Shown here one piece after another: positions 13,178 to 24,381 of a DNA stretch of 64,000 bases. The translations under genes and the position numbers were made by a program. The number at the start of each line of letters is the position of its first letter. Within the stretch, counting starts at the first letter, position 1. A model generated the notes under the pieces. The model saw only the letters and a program-made list of their open reading frames with translations. It was not told the DNA's origin and ran no database searches. The stretch comes from Mobula hypostoma. Its lineage: Eukaryota. The DNA lies in the NCBI RefSeq assembly GCF_963921235.1, contig NC_086097.1, positions 81,160,001 to 81,224,000 on the forward strand. The letters run 5' to 3'.

Positions 13178-14250
13178 GATTCAGAATCAGAATAAGGCTT
13201 GTTATCACTGGCACATCTCATCAAATTTGTTGCTTGGCTGCAATAGTACTGTGCAAAACAAATTCCTATAAGGTAAAAATGAATAACGCAAAAGACAAGT
13301 AATGAGGTAGTGATCATGGACCATCCAGAAACCCAATGGTGGAGGGCAAGAAGCTGTTCCTAAAATGCTGAGTGTGGGTCTTCAGGCTCCCATACCTCCT
13401 CTCCGATGGTAGTTACAAGAAATGGGTATGTCCCAGATGTTGAGCGACTTTAATAATGGGTGCTGCTTTCTTGAGGCACTGACTTTAGGAGATGCCATTG
13501 TAGGTAGGGAGGGTTGTACCTGTGGTGGAAATTAGTCAACCTACAACTCTCTGCAGCCTCTTACAATCCTGCGTCTTGGAGCCTCCTGTTTCAGGCAGGT
13601 GGGGCTCGTCAGCCTTGGATGGCAGCCTGCCTAGGAGAAGGAAAACTCTGATTTTAAACCTCCACTGCCTTGCGACCATAGCCGCCCACGGGAAAGGCTT
13701 CGGGGGTAAACCCGAGGAAGAAATCCGGAGCCGGGGTCCCTAAGGCAGTTTGATGTTGTTTACAACTTCACTCCGGCAACCTCTGCGACGACACTGGTGC
13801 CAAGCTGTATCGGTGCTTGCCCTTCCCTTGGACGACACCAGTGACGTGGAGAGGGGGAACCCGCAGCATGGGCAACAGCTGGTTCTTCAAATCTTCCCGC
13901 CCAGGCTTATACCCTGGAGACCAGAGGTGCAAACCCATGATCCCCTGGGACTGACGGCTGCCTACCAATATTATAGACTGTATTGCAACCAGTTAGAATT
14001 CTCTCTAGTATACATCTGCAGAAACTTGCAAGAGTCTTTGGTGACATAACAAATCTTCCCAAAATGTTAATGAAGTCAGGTGACTGGCACACCTTCTTCA
14101 TGATTGCATCATTGTGAAGGGTTCAGGACAGATCAACTGAGATGTTTATACACACAGACTTGAAGCTGCTCACTGTTTTCACTGCTAGTCTCTCAGGTCT
14201 GGTGTTTTTTTTCTGACTTCTCCTTCCTTTTGTCCACAATCAGTTGTTTG
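13178..14250 (-). mobile_element. Rex1/Babar-type LINE remnant, interrupted at 13586-13966
   Basis: Minus-strand LGRFVMSPKTLASFCRCILERILTGC; tail gattcagaatcagaat on +. Confidence 0.75.
13586..13966 (+). mobile_element. ~380-bp GC-rich insert resembling an RTE-clade 5'UTR-derived non-autonomous element
   Basis: Interrupts the Rex1-type sequence after ttggagcctcc; contains ggcagcctgcctaggagaaggaaaactctgattttaaacc, which I recognise as similar to RTE/Expander 5' UTRs (from memory, unverified). Confidence 0.55.
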
Positions 14251-15642
14251 GTCATTTCAAGTTAGAGAGCTCAGTGTTGAGTGTCGATGACATCAATGTG
14301 CCCAGATGAATATGAGGCATTGTTCTTCACACTTACATCGGCGACAGAAAGGCTATAGTGGGACTGGGATGGGGAATTGAAAGGGTAGGCTTTTCTCTCT
14401 TTCCCAGTCCTAATGCTGAGTTTCAACAATTCCATTCCCCCCACGTTCCTACTTCCCCATTCAGTTTCTCTTGTAGATTGTTTGTTGCTCAATGTTCCAG
14501 CATGGGCAAAAAAGTCTTGTGCCTCCAGGTGTTGATAGCCCAGAGGAAATGGATGAAGCAATGCAGTTGCTTGGATGTGGTATTGTTTCCAAAGCTCCTT
14601 GTAAGAAGAATGATTTTCACACGAGGAGGAGGATTTGGGGGAGAAAAGAGTCCAACACATGCCATTCCCTCTGGACATCGCTTGGCTAAACACCCAATGA
14701 TGAGGTGTGCCAGTCTATTGCTGACTTCCATCAAGCATCCAATTTAATAGAGTAGCACAGTACTTACTCTCTTTTAGCTCAGGAGAATTCTTGGAATAAA
14801 TGCCTTCAGTGTTGATACAATCTTAACTAAAGCAGAGTATCCTCACATTTCAAAAGTCCTCTTCAAACCCTAATCACCAGGTGAACTCAAAAACTTAGAA
14901 TACTTGAAAGCACCACTGTAAATCTTCTTTGGGAGAAGGCATTAGTTCAACCAAAAACTGAAACATACATTGATCTCCTGTTTGTAAACACAATCAGGTA
15001 TTTAAAGGTGGATTCAGCCCCCTTAAAAATTCTTGGGATAGGGCCTTCTGAGCTACTTTGAACTCTAATCTTCCATTAAATCAAAGCAAAGCTGGTGGTT
15101 CAGCTGAAAATCTAACTGCACATTGGAGCGTTTTTATAACAAGATAACTGTATACAACACCAGCTAGTAATACTTACATCCATGAATGTTTAAAAGTAAA
15201 AGTTAGTACTAAATATTTTGCATTTTGGGAACTTTTGAAAGCCTTTGGAGATTTCCATTATTGCTCCCACCCAAATGCCCTGAATAGACAAGTTGGACTT
15301 AGAAGTCATTTAAAATTAACCGCAGACCATCAAATGACATGATTTACTAAATTTGTGTCTCATCTGTTCACTTACCCCACAAGGCGTAATTAAGTGCTGA
15401 AATGGGTTTGTAGCAGCACCCAGCTTTTCATTTCACTGCACGATTATTTAAAACTGAGTTGAATACTCCTTACAAGGTGCATATTTGTATAATTCTATCA
15501 TAACGCAGATACACCATGACCCATATTAATTACAAAGTTTTTTTGGCAGCAACCTCTTACCAGCTGTGAACTGGTGGCGATAAATGCCATCCTCTTACAG
15601 TCAAATGGGTGACAATACAATTATATATATTGGCAGAAGAAG

Positions 15643-16303
15643 AAGATGGCGATGCGACGCAGTTCTCAGCGGCCACTCCGGTGGTGATATCTGTTACTTG
15701 TCAAGTAGGGTGCCATGCACAATCCTGATTTGAATGAGACGGACGGGAAAGCACGGAGGAACATCTGGTGAAACTTCTGAAATGCCTGCTTCGCTGCTGT
15801 TGCTACTGTGTGGTCCGGAATCTCCGGAGGAGAAGGCCCTGAGTCCTCGGCTTTGCTTGTTGCTCGGCGGCCAGGATGGGGTCAAAGCGCTCGGCAGAGG
15901 ATGGTGTTCGGAGAGGCTGTGTCAGAGGCTCGAAGTTTTCGGATGGACTCAAGAGTCCGCTGCAGTCGGGTGCTTCCAATGGTGCTGCATCGGCAAGTTG
16001 GCGGCGCTTGGAGGTTCATGGCAGGGAGAGTTTCTCCCTTCTGCCGCCTGCATGAGATGGTGAGTCTATCGGGACTCTGAGACTTTTTTTTACCGTGCCC
16101 ATGGTCTGCTCTTTATCAAATTATGGTATTGCTTTGCACTGTTGTAACTATATGTTCTAATTATGTGATTTTGTCAGTTTTAGTCTTGGTTTGTCCTGTG
16201 TTTTCTTGTGATATCATTCTGGAGGAATGTTGTATCATTTTTTAATGCATGCATTTCTAAATGACAATAAACGAGGACTGAGTGTCCTCATAATCTAATC
16301 TAA
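15643..16303 (+). mobile_element. Non-autonomous retroelement (same family as 6035-6650)
   Basis: Starts AAGATGGCG; CpG-rich body; ends aataaacgaggactgagtgtcctcat(aatct)n. Confidence 0.75.
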
Positions 16304-17140
16304 TATAAATCTTCATACCTGCCATTACTGCAAAGTGAAAGGAATTTTTTCCTGTTCCTTCATAGCGTTGCACATCAACCCTCAGTGTCTCAAATGTTTC
16401 CTAACCTCAATTATTCAATATCCACATTTCCCATGTCAAATTAACTCTCAACTCCCTCTTCTGCCCACTGTACATTTCCTGTGTTCAGGTAACTGATCAT
16501 CATCTTCCTTGCTACTTATGTAATAATAGAACACCATTAAAAATGTTCTGTCCCAGCAGCTCACTAGTAGCCTGCAAAACCTCATTCACTGACCTACACA
16601 GATGTTGGTTCAGCTTGGACTGGGTGTATATTCCAATAAAACAACTGAGTCTGTGTGTTGCCAGGTTGACTGTGCCAACACAGCTGAGCTTTTTAGCCAT
16701 GTCAGGATGATCTGCAGTACTGCACTGGACAAAGTGCAAGGACAAGTACAGTAATCACCAAAAGGGGTGCCACAACAGAGTAAAGCCTTAAAGAGAAACT
16801 AAACATCAGGGTCTACTTTTTGAAGGACAGAACTTGGAATTTGGAGATAGATATGGAGATTAAGTTGATAGAATGCTGCACACAGTTGCTCACTGTAACA
16901 TAAGAGGGATATGGAGACACTGGAGGTAGTGTCTGAAAGATACAAGGATAACACTGAAATCAGGAAAGGTTGAACGGACTGGAAAAATTTGCAAGGTACA
17001 AATGCACTGTATTATCAGTACTGCCTGAGATGAGTGGCTCGATTTGCTGTTTTTTTTTGATATAGTTAAATTTACAGTGATGTCGAGTATGGAAAAAATC
17101 TCAGGCTCAGTTCAAATTTGGACTAACTAGACAGGTTAGG

Positions 17141-17353
17141 CGCCGGCTGGTGGCGTAGTGGCATCAGCACCGAACTTCGGAGAGAAAGTTCCCAAGTTTG
17201 AATCCAGCCGGCTCCCTTGCACGCTTTCCATCCGTGCTGGGTTGAGCGTCGAGCTAGCAACTCGGCCTCGTAAAAATAAGAAAGCCTGCTAAAAAAAATG
17301 CTGTCATGATGGCATCCCGATAACTCCACTTGGAGCTAAGGGCTTTCTTCTTC
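17141..17353 (+). mobile_element. tRNA-derived SINE with RTE-like core and (TTC)n tail
   Basis: A box TGGCGTAGTGG, B box GTTTGAATCC, core gggttgagcgtcgagctagcaactcggcctcgtaaaa; 12-bp direct repeat AGACAGGTTAGG at 17129-17140 and 17354-17365. Confidence 0.9.
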
Positions 17354-18014
17354 AGACAGGTTAGGACTGGATTATGTATCATTTTGATAGTTGACCTTGG
17401 TAACCATGGGCTTCATTTTACTGATAGCCAGTGGTGCTGTCAACAGATATTTTCCACATGTAGCCCTTCCTGGTGCACTTTGGACAACTTGAAGTCTTGA
17501 GGCACCTATCAGTATCCCTTGTTAAAATGACAAAACTGAAAGTTCTCGAAATTGAAACTGTATATGAAATAGTGTAATAGTTCCTCTGGTAATCTGTTAC
17601 AACATTGATTAATCTTCAGACAGAAAATATACCCAAGCAGGTTTTCAGATACTAGTTCAGCAATCACTCGGTTCTTAAATAGGCATTGAAAACAGCAGGC
17701 TAATTAATCAAAAATTAAGTCAGTGGTTTAAACCTTTTCAAGAAAGCCATTCCTGACCGAGCCCTTTCTCTACAAAACGACAAAAACTTGAACATTTCAA
17801 CAATCTCTGTCTCTGATAACTTTTGTCACCCAAGGAAGTAGCAGCACCTGGATAGTACGAAGAGAAGGCGGATACCTCAGTCACAGGATGTGAAATAATA
17901 GGAAAGTTAAAAATGTAGTGAAGAACAGGGAAATCTGAAGACATATACTTGCTTTAGGGATTTTTCAGGAAGCTGCTTTCTTTTGTACAATTGAACATTA
18001 TTGAATCTTAATTG

Positions 18015-18090
18015 ATTTTATTGAATGGCGGAGCAGGCTCGACGGGCCAGATGGCCTACTCCTGCCCCTATTTCTTATGCTCTTATGTTT
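18015..18090 (+). mobile_element. CR1 extreme 3' end fragment
   Basis: gaatggcggagcaggctcgacgggccagatggcctactcctg...tcttatgctcttatg; same tail as 21615-21730 and 50740-50810. Confidence 0.75.
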
Positions 18091-18444
18091 CTTCTGTTCT
18101 CATTATTATTCCACATTAGTCATTTTTAAATTTGTGTTGCATACTGCATCGAAATTTATAGAACCCTCAAGATGTAGGCAATTATTCTAGCCTATACGGA
18201 AATAAATTTACAGAATTGCTTTTCTCAAAGGTTCAGAAATTGGCTGTTGAATTCAAAGCACAGACTGGTTATATTTCCAATGCTCTAACACTGGTTCTGT
18301 GTTGTCAGGTAATTCAGCATTTTTAATCAGAAGAAAATAGCTTCTCGTTCACCTAACTCAGCTCAGAGTACAATTCTAAAGAACAAAACTTTCACTGCTC
18401 TTTATAAAATCCTGCTGAAAGAATCCAAAGCAAGAAGAGCAGGA

Positions 18445-20111
18445 GTATTTCAAGTTCAATTGTCATTCAATCATATTACATGTACAGTACACAGCTAAAC
18501 AAAACAGTGTTCCTCCGGGGTCAAAGTGCAAAACACCCTACATACAATTACACACAGCACATGTAGTTGCCGAGACACACTGCAGTACGGCAGAACTAAA
18601 GGACAAAGAGGAGAAACATCTCTACAGTATTCACACAAAGCAGATACCCACAGAACTTCATATAAAGTTGCCTACAAAGTCAACAATCAAGAAGCAACCA
18701 AACAGGTTGTCTTTCTATACATTTGAAATTTCTCAGAAATGATGGCCTGATTGCTCCAAGGACATAGGGTTTCAGCTGCACACAAGCAAACAGCAATGTC
18801 GAGGAGGGTACTTTGCAGTCCAAAAGAACGAACCAAGTTATTAGTGAAGATCTATGTGGTCTATAAAATCCATTGGAGGAACTGCAGCAAATATTACATC
18901 AGCCAAACTGGGAGAAAACTATCCACAAAGATCCTTGAACATCAGCTGGCTGTAAAATGGCATGACCAACTCTTCCTGGGCTCTACCCATGAAGATTAAG
19001 AGGGGCACAAATTCAACTGGGCATTAGTGAAAGTTACGGTGCAAGTGAACACGTGGCATGAAAGAGAATTACTAGAAGCATGGTTTTCCATGAACAATTT
19101 TGTAAACAAACACATGGACCTCGATCCTATCTATGGGCCAATGCGGACAAAATTTCAGACCATGATGCATGAAGTTCGACACACAGCCAATCAGCGACAA
19201 GGTTACTTCCCCACATCACAAATGAGTTTCTGAAATGCCATTCAATCAACTGATTGAAAGGTACATGAAGGCCAAGCATCCTAGAAGACACATCACAGTC
19301 AACAGCACACTGACAATGTGCTCACATGGTGACCAAACGTTTGCAAGTAAATTGCCAAGATTGGAGAACAACCCAACTCAACTATCAACCACCTGAGCTA
19401 CACATTTTCCAAGTTATTTCCAAGACATGGTTGTGATAGCCTATACAGTCACAGACAATAATATTACATGTCCCTGATAGGCCTGAAGATTGATGGTACA
19501 TGAGATGTTGTCCAGGAGTCACATTTCCACAAGAGCAAGCACACAGCTGTTCCTCATCTCCCACAGCTGCAGACTAAGGCATTCCAGCTCGTCTTCCATG
19601 AGTGAACACTGGAGGGCAGCACTGATGGGAGGGTGCACCTGCAACACCTCTGCTCTCTCACACACTGCCTCTGGCGCCTCCTCGCTTGGCTGGCTATAAC
19701 AGGTGACACCACGGTAGGAGGGCCTAGACCCAACATCAACCAAGGCTACATGGCTGCCCCGCTACACCGATGAGCCAGACTTGCAGTATTTCATATTACC
19801 AACGTCCAACAGGGTATTGCGATCACAAGAAAAATGTTTAAAACAAACATTTGCACCATTTGTTGGACGCACACCATTTCTGACGCCTTCCTCCCTGGGT
19901 GGCTGTAGAAGGTGACAGCACAGTACTGAATGAGCCTATGCTGTGCAGTTTCTCCGCTATCCAGCAACCCACTAGTCAGGTAGACTTGCAGTATTTGCTG
20001 TTCTTAATATCCAGCAGTGTCTGGCGATCATAAGAAAGATGTAAAGGACAAACAATTACGCCATTGCATGGACAAGGAGATGCCGCTGTGACCAAGCACG
20101 CCGCCATTCTT
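18445..20111 (-). mobile_element. Degraded non-autonomous element with LINE-type tail, interrupted by a PLE
   Basis: Tail-like ttcaagttcaattgtcattc at ~18450; the 5' end on - reads aagaatggcggcg at 20111; internal duplication 19775-19870 / 19980-20070 (agacttgcagtattt...gcgatca.aagaaa). Confidence 0.45.
18590..19420 (+). mobile_element. Penelope-like element remnant, second lineage (GIY-YIG region + 3' UTR)
   Basis: YVVYKIHWRNCSKYYISQTGRKLSTKILEHQLAVKWHD and RELLEAWFS..FVNKHMDLDPIY; decayed hammerhead-like motif at ~19308-19345. Confidence 0.75.
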
Positions 20112-21067
20112 ACCTGAATATCCAGGGTAGGAATATGTCATGACCATGGCCAAAGGATCTCAGAGAGGCACAGTCATCCATATCATTCTAAATGTCCAGA
20201 ATAAACTTGCCTGTCCAATATTATTACATAGCTGGCTCTAATATGCAGAAATCTTACGATTAATCTGCAATACACACCATTGTTGTAAAGACATGAAAGA
20301 CTTAACTTAAAATATACCTTGTCTTTAGAATCTGGAAATTAAATTAAATCAACTAATAATGTTAAAAAAATTGACTTCAGAAATATGATGCTCAGACTAG
20401 CTGAAGTACTAGCAATGTTATAACATAATTGGGTCTTTACTGGGTAGAAATGTAATACTACTTATTTCCTGCAGTTTTTATTTGTAGTAAAATACAGGGG
20501 TGCCCTTTAGCTTTCTGTCTTTGCAAGATAAGGTCATGGCCATCTCCGAAGCACAGTCTATTGTTAATTCAAATGTCAAGCCATTCTTCTTTTTGTTGAC
20601 TCCTTTACAGTAAGCAATGTCGAGTGCTTTTTAGAAAGTAACTTCTATCTGTGCAAGTTAGCATGCGTTACTTGCACAAAATCAGTAATGAAACCACAAG
20701 AAACCCACAGGATTACTTCACTATGTTAATGTTTTTTCAAACTTGACATTGTCAAACAAGCCAATCTTGTTAGATGATATTGAGCCCTCGATAATCTGTA
20801 GCGTACCTGTTTCGTGCAATATCTAATTATATGAAAAAAGAGATCAGAAATCTGTTATTTGGCACAACACTTCTATATCAACCCTTGATTTATATTCCAA
20901 GTCCACAGTAATATGAATGATTCTTAAATCCTTATTAGTGGCCATTCAAATATACCATAACTATCTGCCATTGAAAGCAAAATTGTTTCCAGCCTCGTCA
21001 TCCCACTGACCACTGAAGCAACACCTAAGCGAGGAGAGCTCTTCCAGAGTGTGATCAGAGACAATGG

Positions 21068-21275
21068 AAACAGAAAATGCCAGTAAAACTCAACTGGTCA
21101 GGCAACGTCTGTGGAAAAAGGAACAACTGAATGGGACTGGGAGTTCTGAATGTAAGAGCTGATAAATGTTAACCTTAACATGTTAACTGTTTCTCTTTCC
21201 ACAGACCTGCTGAGCTTTGCTTCTCTCCAGCATTTTCTATTTTTATTTCAGATTTCCAGTGTCTGCAGATTTTTT
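21068..21275. repeat. Old fold-back element related to the PLE terminal repeat
   Basis: Arms aaacagaaaatgc..tctgtggaaaaaggaaca and tgtttctctttccacaga..gcattttctattt are mutually inverted. Confidence 0.6.
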
Positions 21276-21614
21276 TTGGAACTTTCATGTGAAACAACAG
21301 CCTGACATGATCACATAGAGATAATTATATCTTTAAAACAACAGGCAATACAAAAACTGGAAATACTCAGCATGTCAGTCACTTTGGCTTTCCTCCAACG
21401 TAACCTCTCGCCCACAGGACAGCACCTACACGGACTCCAGTCCTCTCACGTCTCATTGTATCTGGTCAGAAATCGAAACCTCCTTCGAATCACCTCAGCT
21501 GGCACAGCAAAGCTCTTTCATGTTGAACAGCATTTGGAAGAATCATTGAAAGTAGCAAGGATGCAGAATGTACTCTGGGTGGGCTGCTTTAGTAATTGCA
21601 TCACACTCACTAAA

Positions 21615-21730
21615 TTAAGGGAATTAAGGATTATGGGGAAAATGGCAGGTAGGTGGCCAGATCAGGCATGATCTTATTGAACGGAGGGCCAGATGGCCTA
21701 CTCCTGCTCCTATCTCTTATGTTCTTATGC
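21615..21730 (+). mobile_element. CR1 3' end fragment
   Basis: gggaattaaggattatggggaaaatggcagg...ggccagatggcctactcctgctcctatctcttatgttcttatg. Confidence 0.75.
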
Positions 21731-21974
21731 TCTACCAATGTCTCAGGAGGCCGAATACTGAATCAATCCTAACTTTGATATTTATTGCTCTTCCTTCACA
21801 AATGCTGAGTCTCAGTAAGGAAATCTACACAACAGCACTGTGTGTGAACCATCACCAGAACCATCAATGACTTAAGAAAGCAGCTCACTGCTATAATTTT
21901 TTCTAGGGCAATTAGGGATGAGTAACAAGCAGCAACTTTACCAGTGATGTCCAGATACTGAAAAATGAAGAAAT

Positions 21975-22317
21975 GGGCCGGCTGGTGGCGCAACAACATC
22001 GGCGCCGGACCCAGGAGCGGAGGTTCCCGGGTTCAAAACCGGTCGGGTCCGCCCCCGAGTACGTTTTCCATCCATGCCGGATTGAGTGTCGAGATCGCAA
22101 CTCGACCTCGTAAAACAAAGGGAAAATACTGTGAAAATGTCTGTGTGAGGAATGGCGTGTCACACAGTCTCTCTCTTGCTCCGTGCCTTGTAAAAACCAT
22201 GAAAAAGACATCATCATGGACGCACACACAGACACGCAGGCACACACGCACAGACGCGCACACACACATACGCAGACACAGACACTCGCACGCACGCAGG
22301 CACACGCCAAAAAAAAA
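21975..22317 (+). mobile_element. tRNA-derived SINE with RTE-like core, CA/CG-rich tract and poly(A) tail
   Basis: Same head and core as 17141 (ggccggctggtggcg..., GTTCAAAACC, gcaactcgacctcgtaaaa); 15-bp TSD GAAAAATGAAGAAAT at 21960-21974 and 22318-22332. Confidence 0.9.
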
Positions 22318-22948
22318 GAAAAATGAAGAAATAAAAATATCCTCCAAATAATTTTAAATTTTTTGGTATAATTTAATAGACACTTTCTGGTGGAGCAAAA
22401 TTCCAAATTTCAGCTTTAATTAAATAACTATGGAAGATGCAATGAATACGTTTGACCACTTTTGTTCTATAAAATAAGAAAGCCCTTTCATTTTCTCTCA
22501 ATACTCAAATTTCAACAGCAGTTTAAATCTGGCCAAGTTTCCACATAACTTTCAGACAAAGAAAACATCAAGAGGGAAGCTGAAACTAATTCTCTTTGGT
22601 ACAACTGTCTTCTCACAGAAATATAATTTGGGAAACTTTTGGATGTATAGTGGCTTCTGGTCAATTGGGCCATTGATTAATCAGGGAAGCTGCTTTTTTG
22701 GGACAATTCTGAAAGAACATGAACTATTTGAGAAAATAGTCACGGTCCCTTTCACTTACTTAGGACACTATTCTGCTTAATTTGGGCAGGAGTCTGTTGC
22801 CAAACAGTTTCTAATAAGCGTCAGATGCGTGTACTTTTGTGGCCATTAGATATTACACTGTAGTTGAAACGAACAGTTTTAAAATAGCAACACACATAAA
22901 AGTTGCTGGTGAACGCAGCAGGCCAGGCAGCATCTCTAGGAAGAGGTG

Positions 22949-22985
22949 CAGTCAACGTTTCAGGCCGAGACCCTTCGTCAGGACT
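22949..22985 (-). ncRNA. Minimal type I hammerhead ribozyme motif
   Basis: Minus strand: AGUC CUGACGA A GGG-ucucgg-CCU GAAA CG UU GACU; core intact, GUU cleavage triplet. Confidence 0.65.
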
Positions 22986-23039
22986 AACCCTTACTCATTC
23001 TTCCTTCAGTTAAATCCCTTACTCATTCTTTCTTCAGTT

Positions 23040-23076
23040 AGTCCTGACGAAGGGTCTCGGCCTGAAACGTCGACTG
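23040..23076 (+). ncRNA. Minimal type I hammerhead ribozyme motif (best-preserved copy)
   Basis: AGUC CUGACGA A GGG-ucucgg-CCU GAAA CG UC GACU: stem I AGUC/GACU, conserved CUGAnGA and GAAA boxes, palindromic ACGU stem III, GUC site (cut predicted after 23071). Confidence 0.78.
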
Positions 23077-23804
23077 TACCTCTTCCTAGAGATGCTGCTT
23101 GGCCTGTTGCGTTCACCAGCAACTTTTATGTGTGTGGCTTGAATTTCCAGCATCTGCAGAATTCCTGTTGTTTGCAGTTTTAAAATAGTGTCAGTTGTAT
23201 GCGCTTGTGTTCAAAGAACAGCGATTTTTGTCTCTGATAGCTGGCGAGAAATAAGCAGAAAGACAAATCCGATCATTTTGTTCAGTGTGGTTTCAAGCAC
23301 TGAGTTTGAAGATGCCAGAAATGGCTGAGGGTAAAAATGAAATGATTTCATTACTTCAACGAGTTAGAAACAATGAAGAATTTGAAGGTATCGACAATCA
23401 ACTTGAACGTTACAACGCAAATAAAGATTTGTAGGGGACAATCAAAATTTGCATGAAGACAGTCCATTATCTAGAGTAAGTGTCTGCACTGATTTAGTTC
23501 TTTTACAGTCACTCAAAAGAGCACATACACTGAATGAATTCCTCCATCGATTGCTATTAGGAACTAATACATAGTTTTATAATTCTATAGTAGTATTTAT
23601 AGTAATGTAATTTGTTCTGTATTTCATTTAAATGCATAACTTGTTACTCAGATAAACAGTAGCTTGTCTTTTTTATACCTTTTCTTTACCTATTTCCATG
23701 TGAAATTACAGCTAATTGGGGCAGTGGCTTTAATTGGGCCAAAATGTGCTGGCCCTGATGTGTCCCTATTAACTGGAATCCATTGTAATTAAAAACAATC
23801 TATA

Positions 23805-24290
23805 GTTACAAACACAATAAAATCTGCAGATGCTGGAGATACACAGCAACACATTCAAAATGCTGAAGGAACTCAGCAGGCCAGGCAGCGTCTATGGAAA
23901 CGAGTGAAGAGTTGATGTTTTAGGCTGAGACCCTTCATCAGGACTGGAAAGGAAGAGAAGTAGGAAGTCGGGGGTGGGGGGAAAAGGAGAGGCATAAGTA
24001 CAAGGTGGCAGGTGATAGGTGAAACCGGGTGAGTGGAGGGGGGTGAAATAAAGAGCTGGGAAGTTGCTGGGTGAAAGAGATAAAGGGCTGGAGGATGGGG
24101 AATCTGATAGGACAGGACAGAAGACCGTGGAAGAAAGGGAAGGGGGAGGAGACCAGAGGGAGGTGATGGGCAGGTAACGACATAAGGTGAGAAAAGAAAC
24201 AGGAATGGAGAATGGTGAAGTGGCGGGGGGGGGGGGTGTATTGCCAGAAGTTCAAGAGGTCAATGTTCATGCCATCAGGTTGGAGGTTAC
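23805..24290 (-). mobile_element. PLE 3' end (ORF C-terminus + 3' UTR), older copy
   Basis: LQPDGMNIDLLNF C-terminal motif shared with the 32660-33202 ORF; pyrimidine-rich UTR; mutated hammerhead at ~23909-23946. Confidence 0.85.
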
Positions 24291-24381
24291 AGTTCACTGT
24301 GCCTTTCATAACTTAATTGAATCATAACCTGTCAATAGAATGTTGTGTTTCTCTTCCGAAAACTGAACAGATGCCCAGTTC

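Larger units (their letters stand above)
22888..23174 (+). mobile_element. Short PLE terminal-repeat insertion with inverted 5' copy
   Basis: 14-bp TSD CAGTTTTAAAATAG (22874-22887, 23175-23188); 101-bp inverted arms 22888-22988 and 23037-23137. Confidence 0.9.
22648..23785 (+). mobile_element. Tc1/mariner-superfamily (Tigger/pogo-like) non-autonomous DNA transposon
   Basis: TA on both flanks (22646-47, 23786-87); degenerate TIRs tagtggcttctggtcaattggg / ccctattaactggaatccattg; acidic remnant NEEFEGIDNQLERYN near 23370-23420. Confidence 0.7.

Noticed and set aside
14271..14747. Host coding exon suggested by overlapping ORFs and an acceptor-like tttctcttgtag
   Set aside because: No frame resembles a protein I recognise, and no clear matching donor.
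17141..17215. Functional tRNA gene (also 21975 and 60459)
   Set aside because: A/B boxes are present, but I could not build a convincing cloverleaf, and each runs into a SINE core flanked by TSDs.
20650..20678. Hairpin tgtgcaagt...acttgcaca as a terminator or miRNA
   Set aside because: Only a 9-bp stem; too short for a pre-miRNA and expected occasionally by chance.
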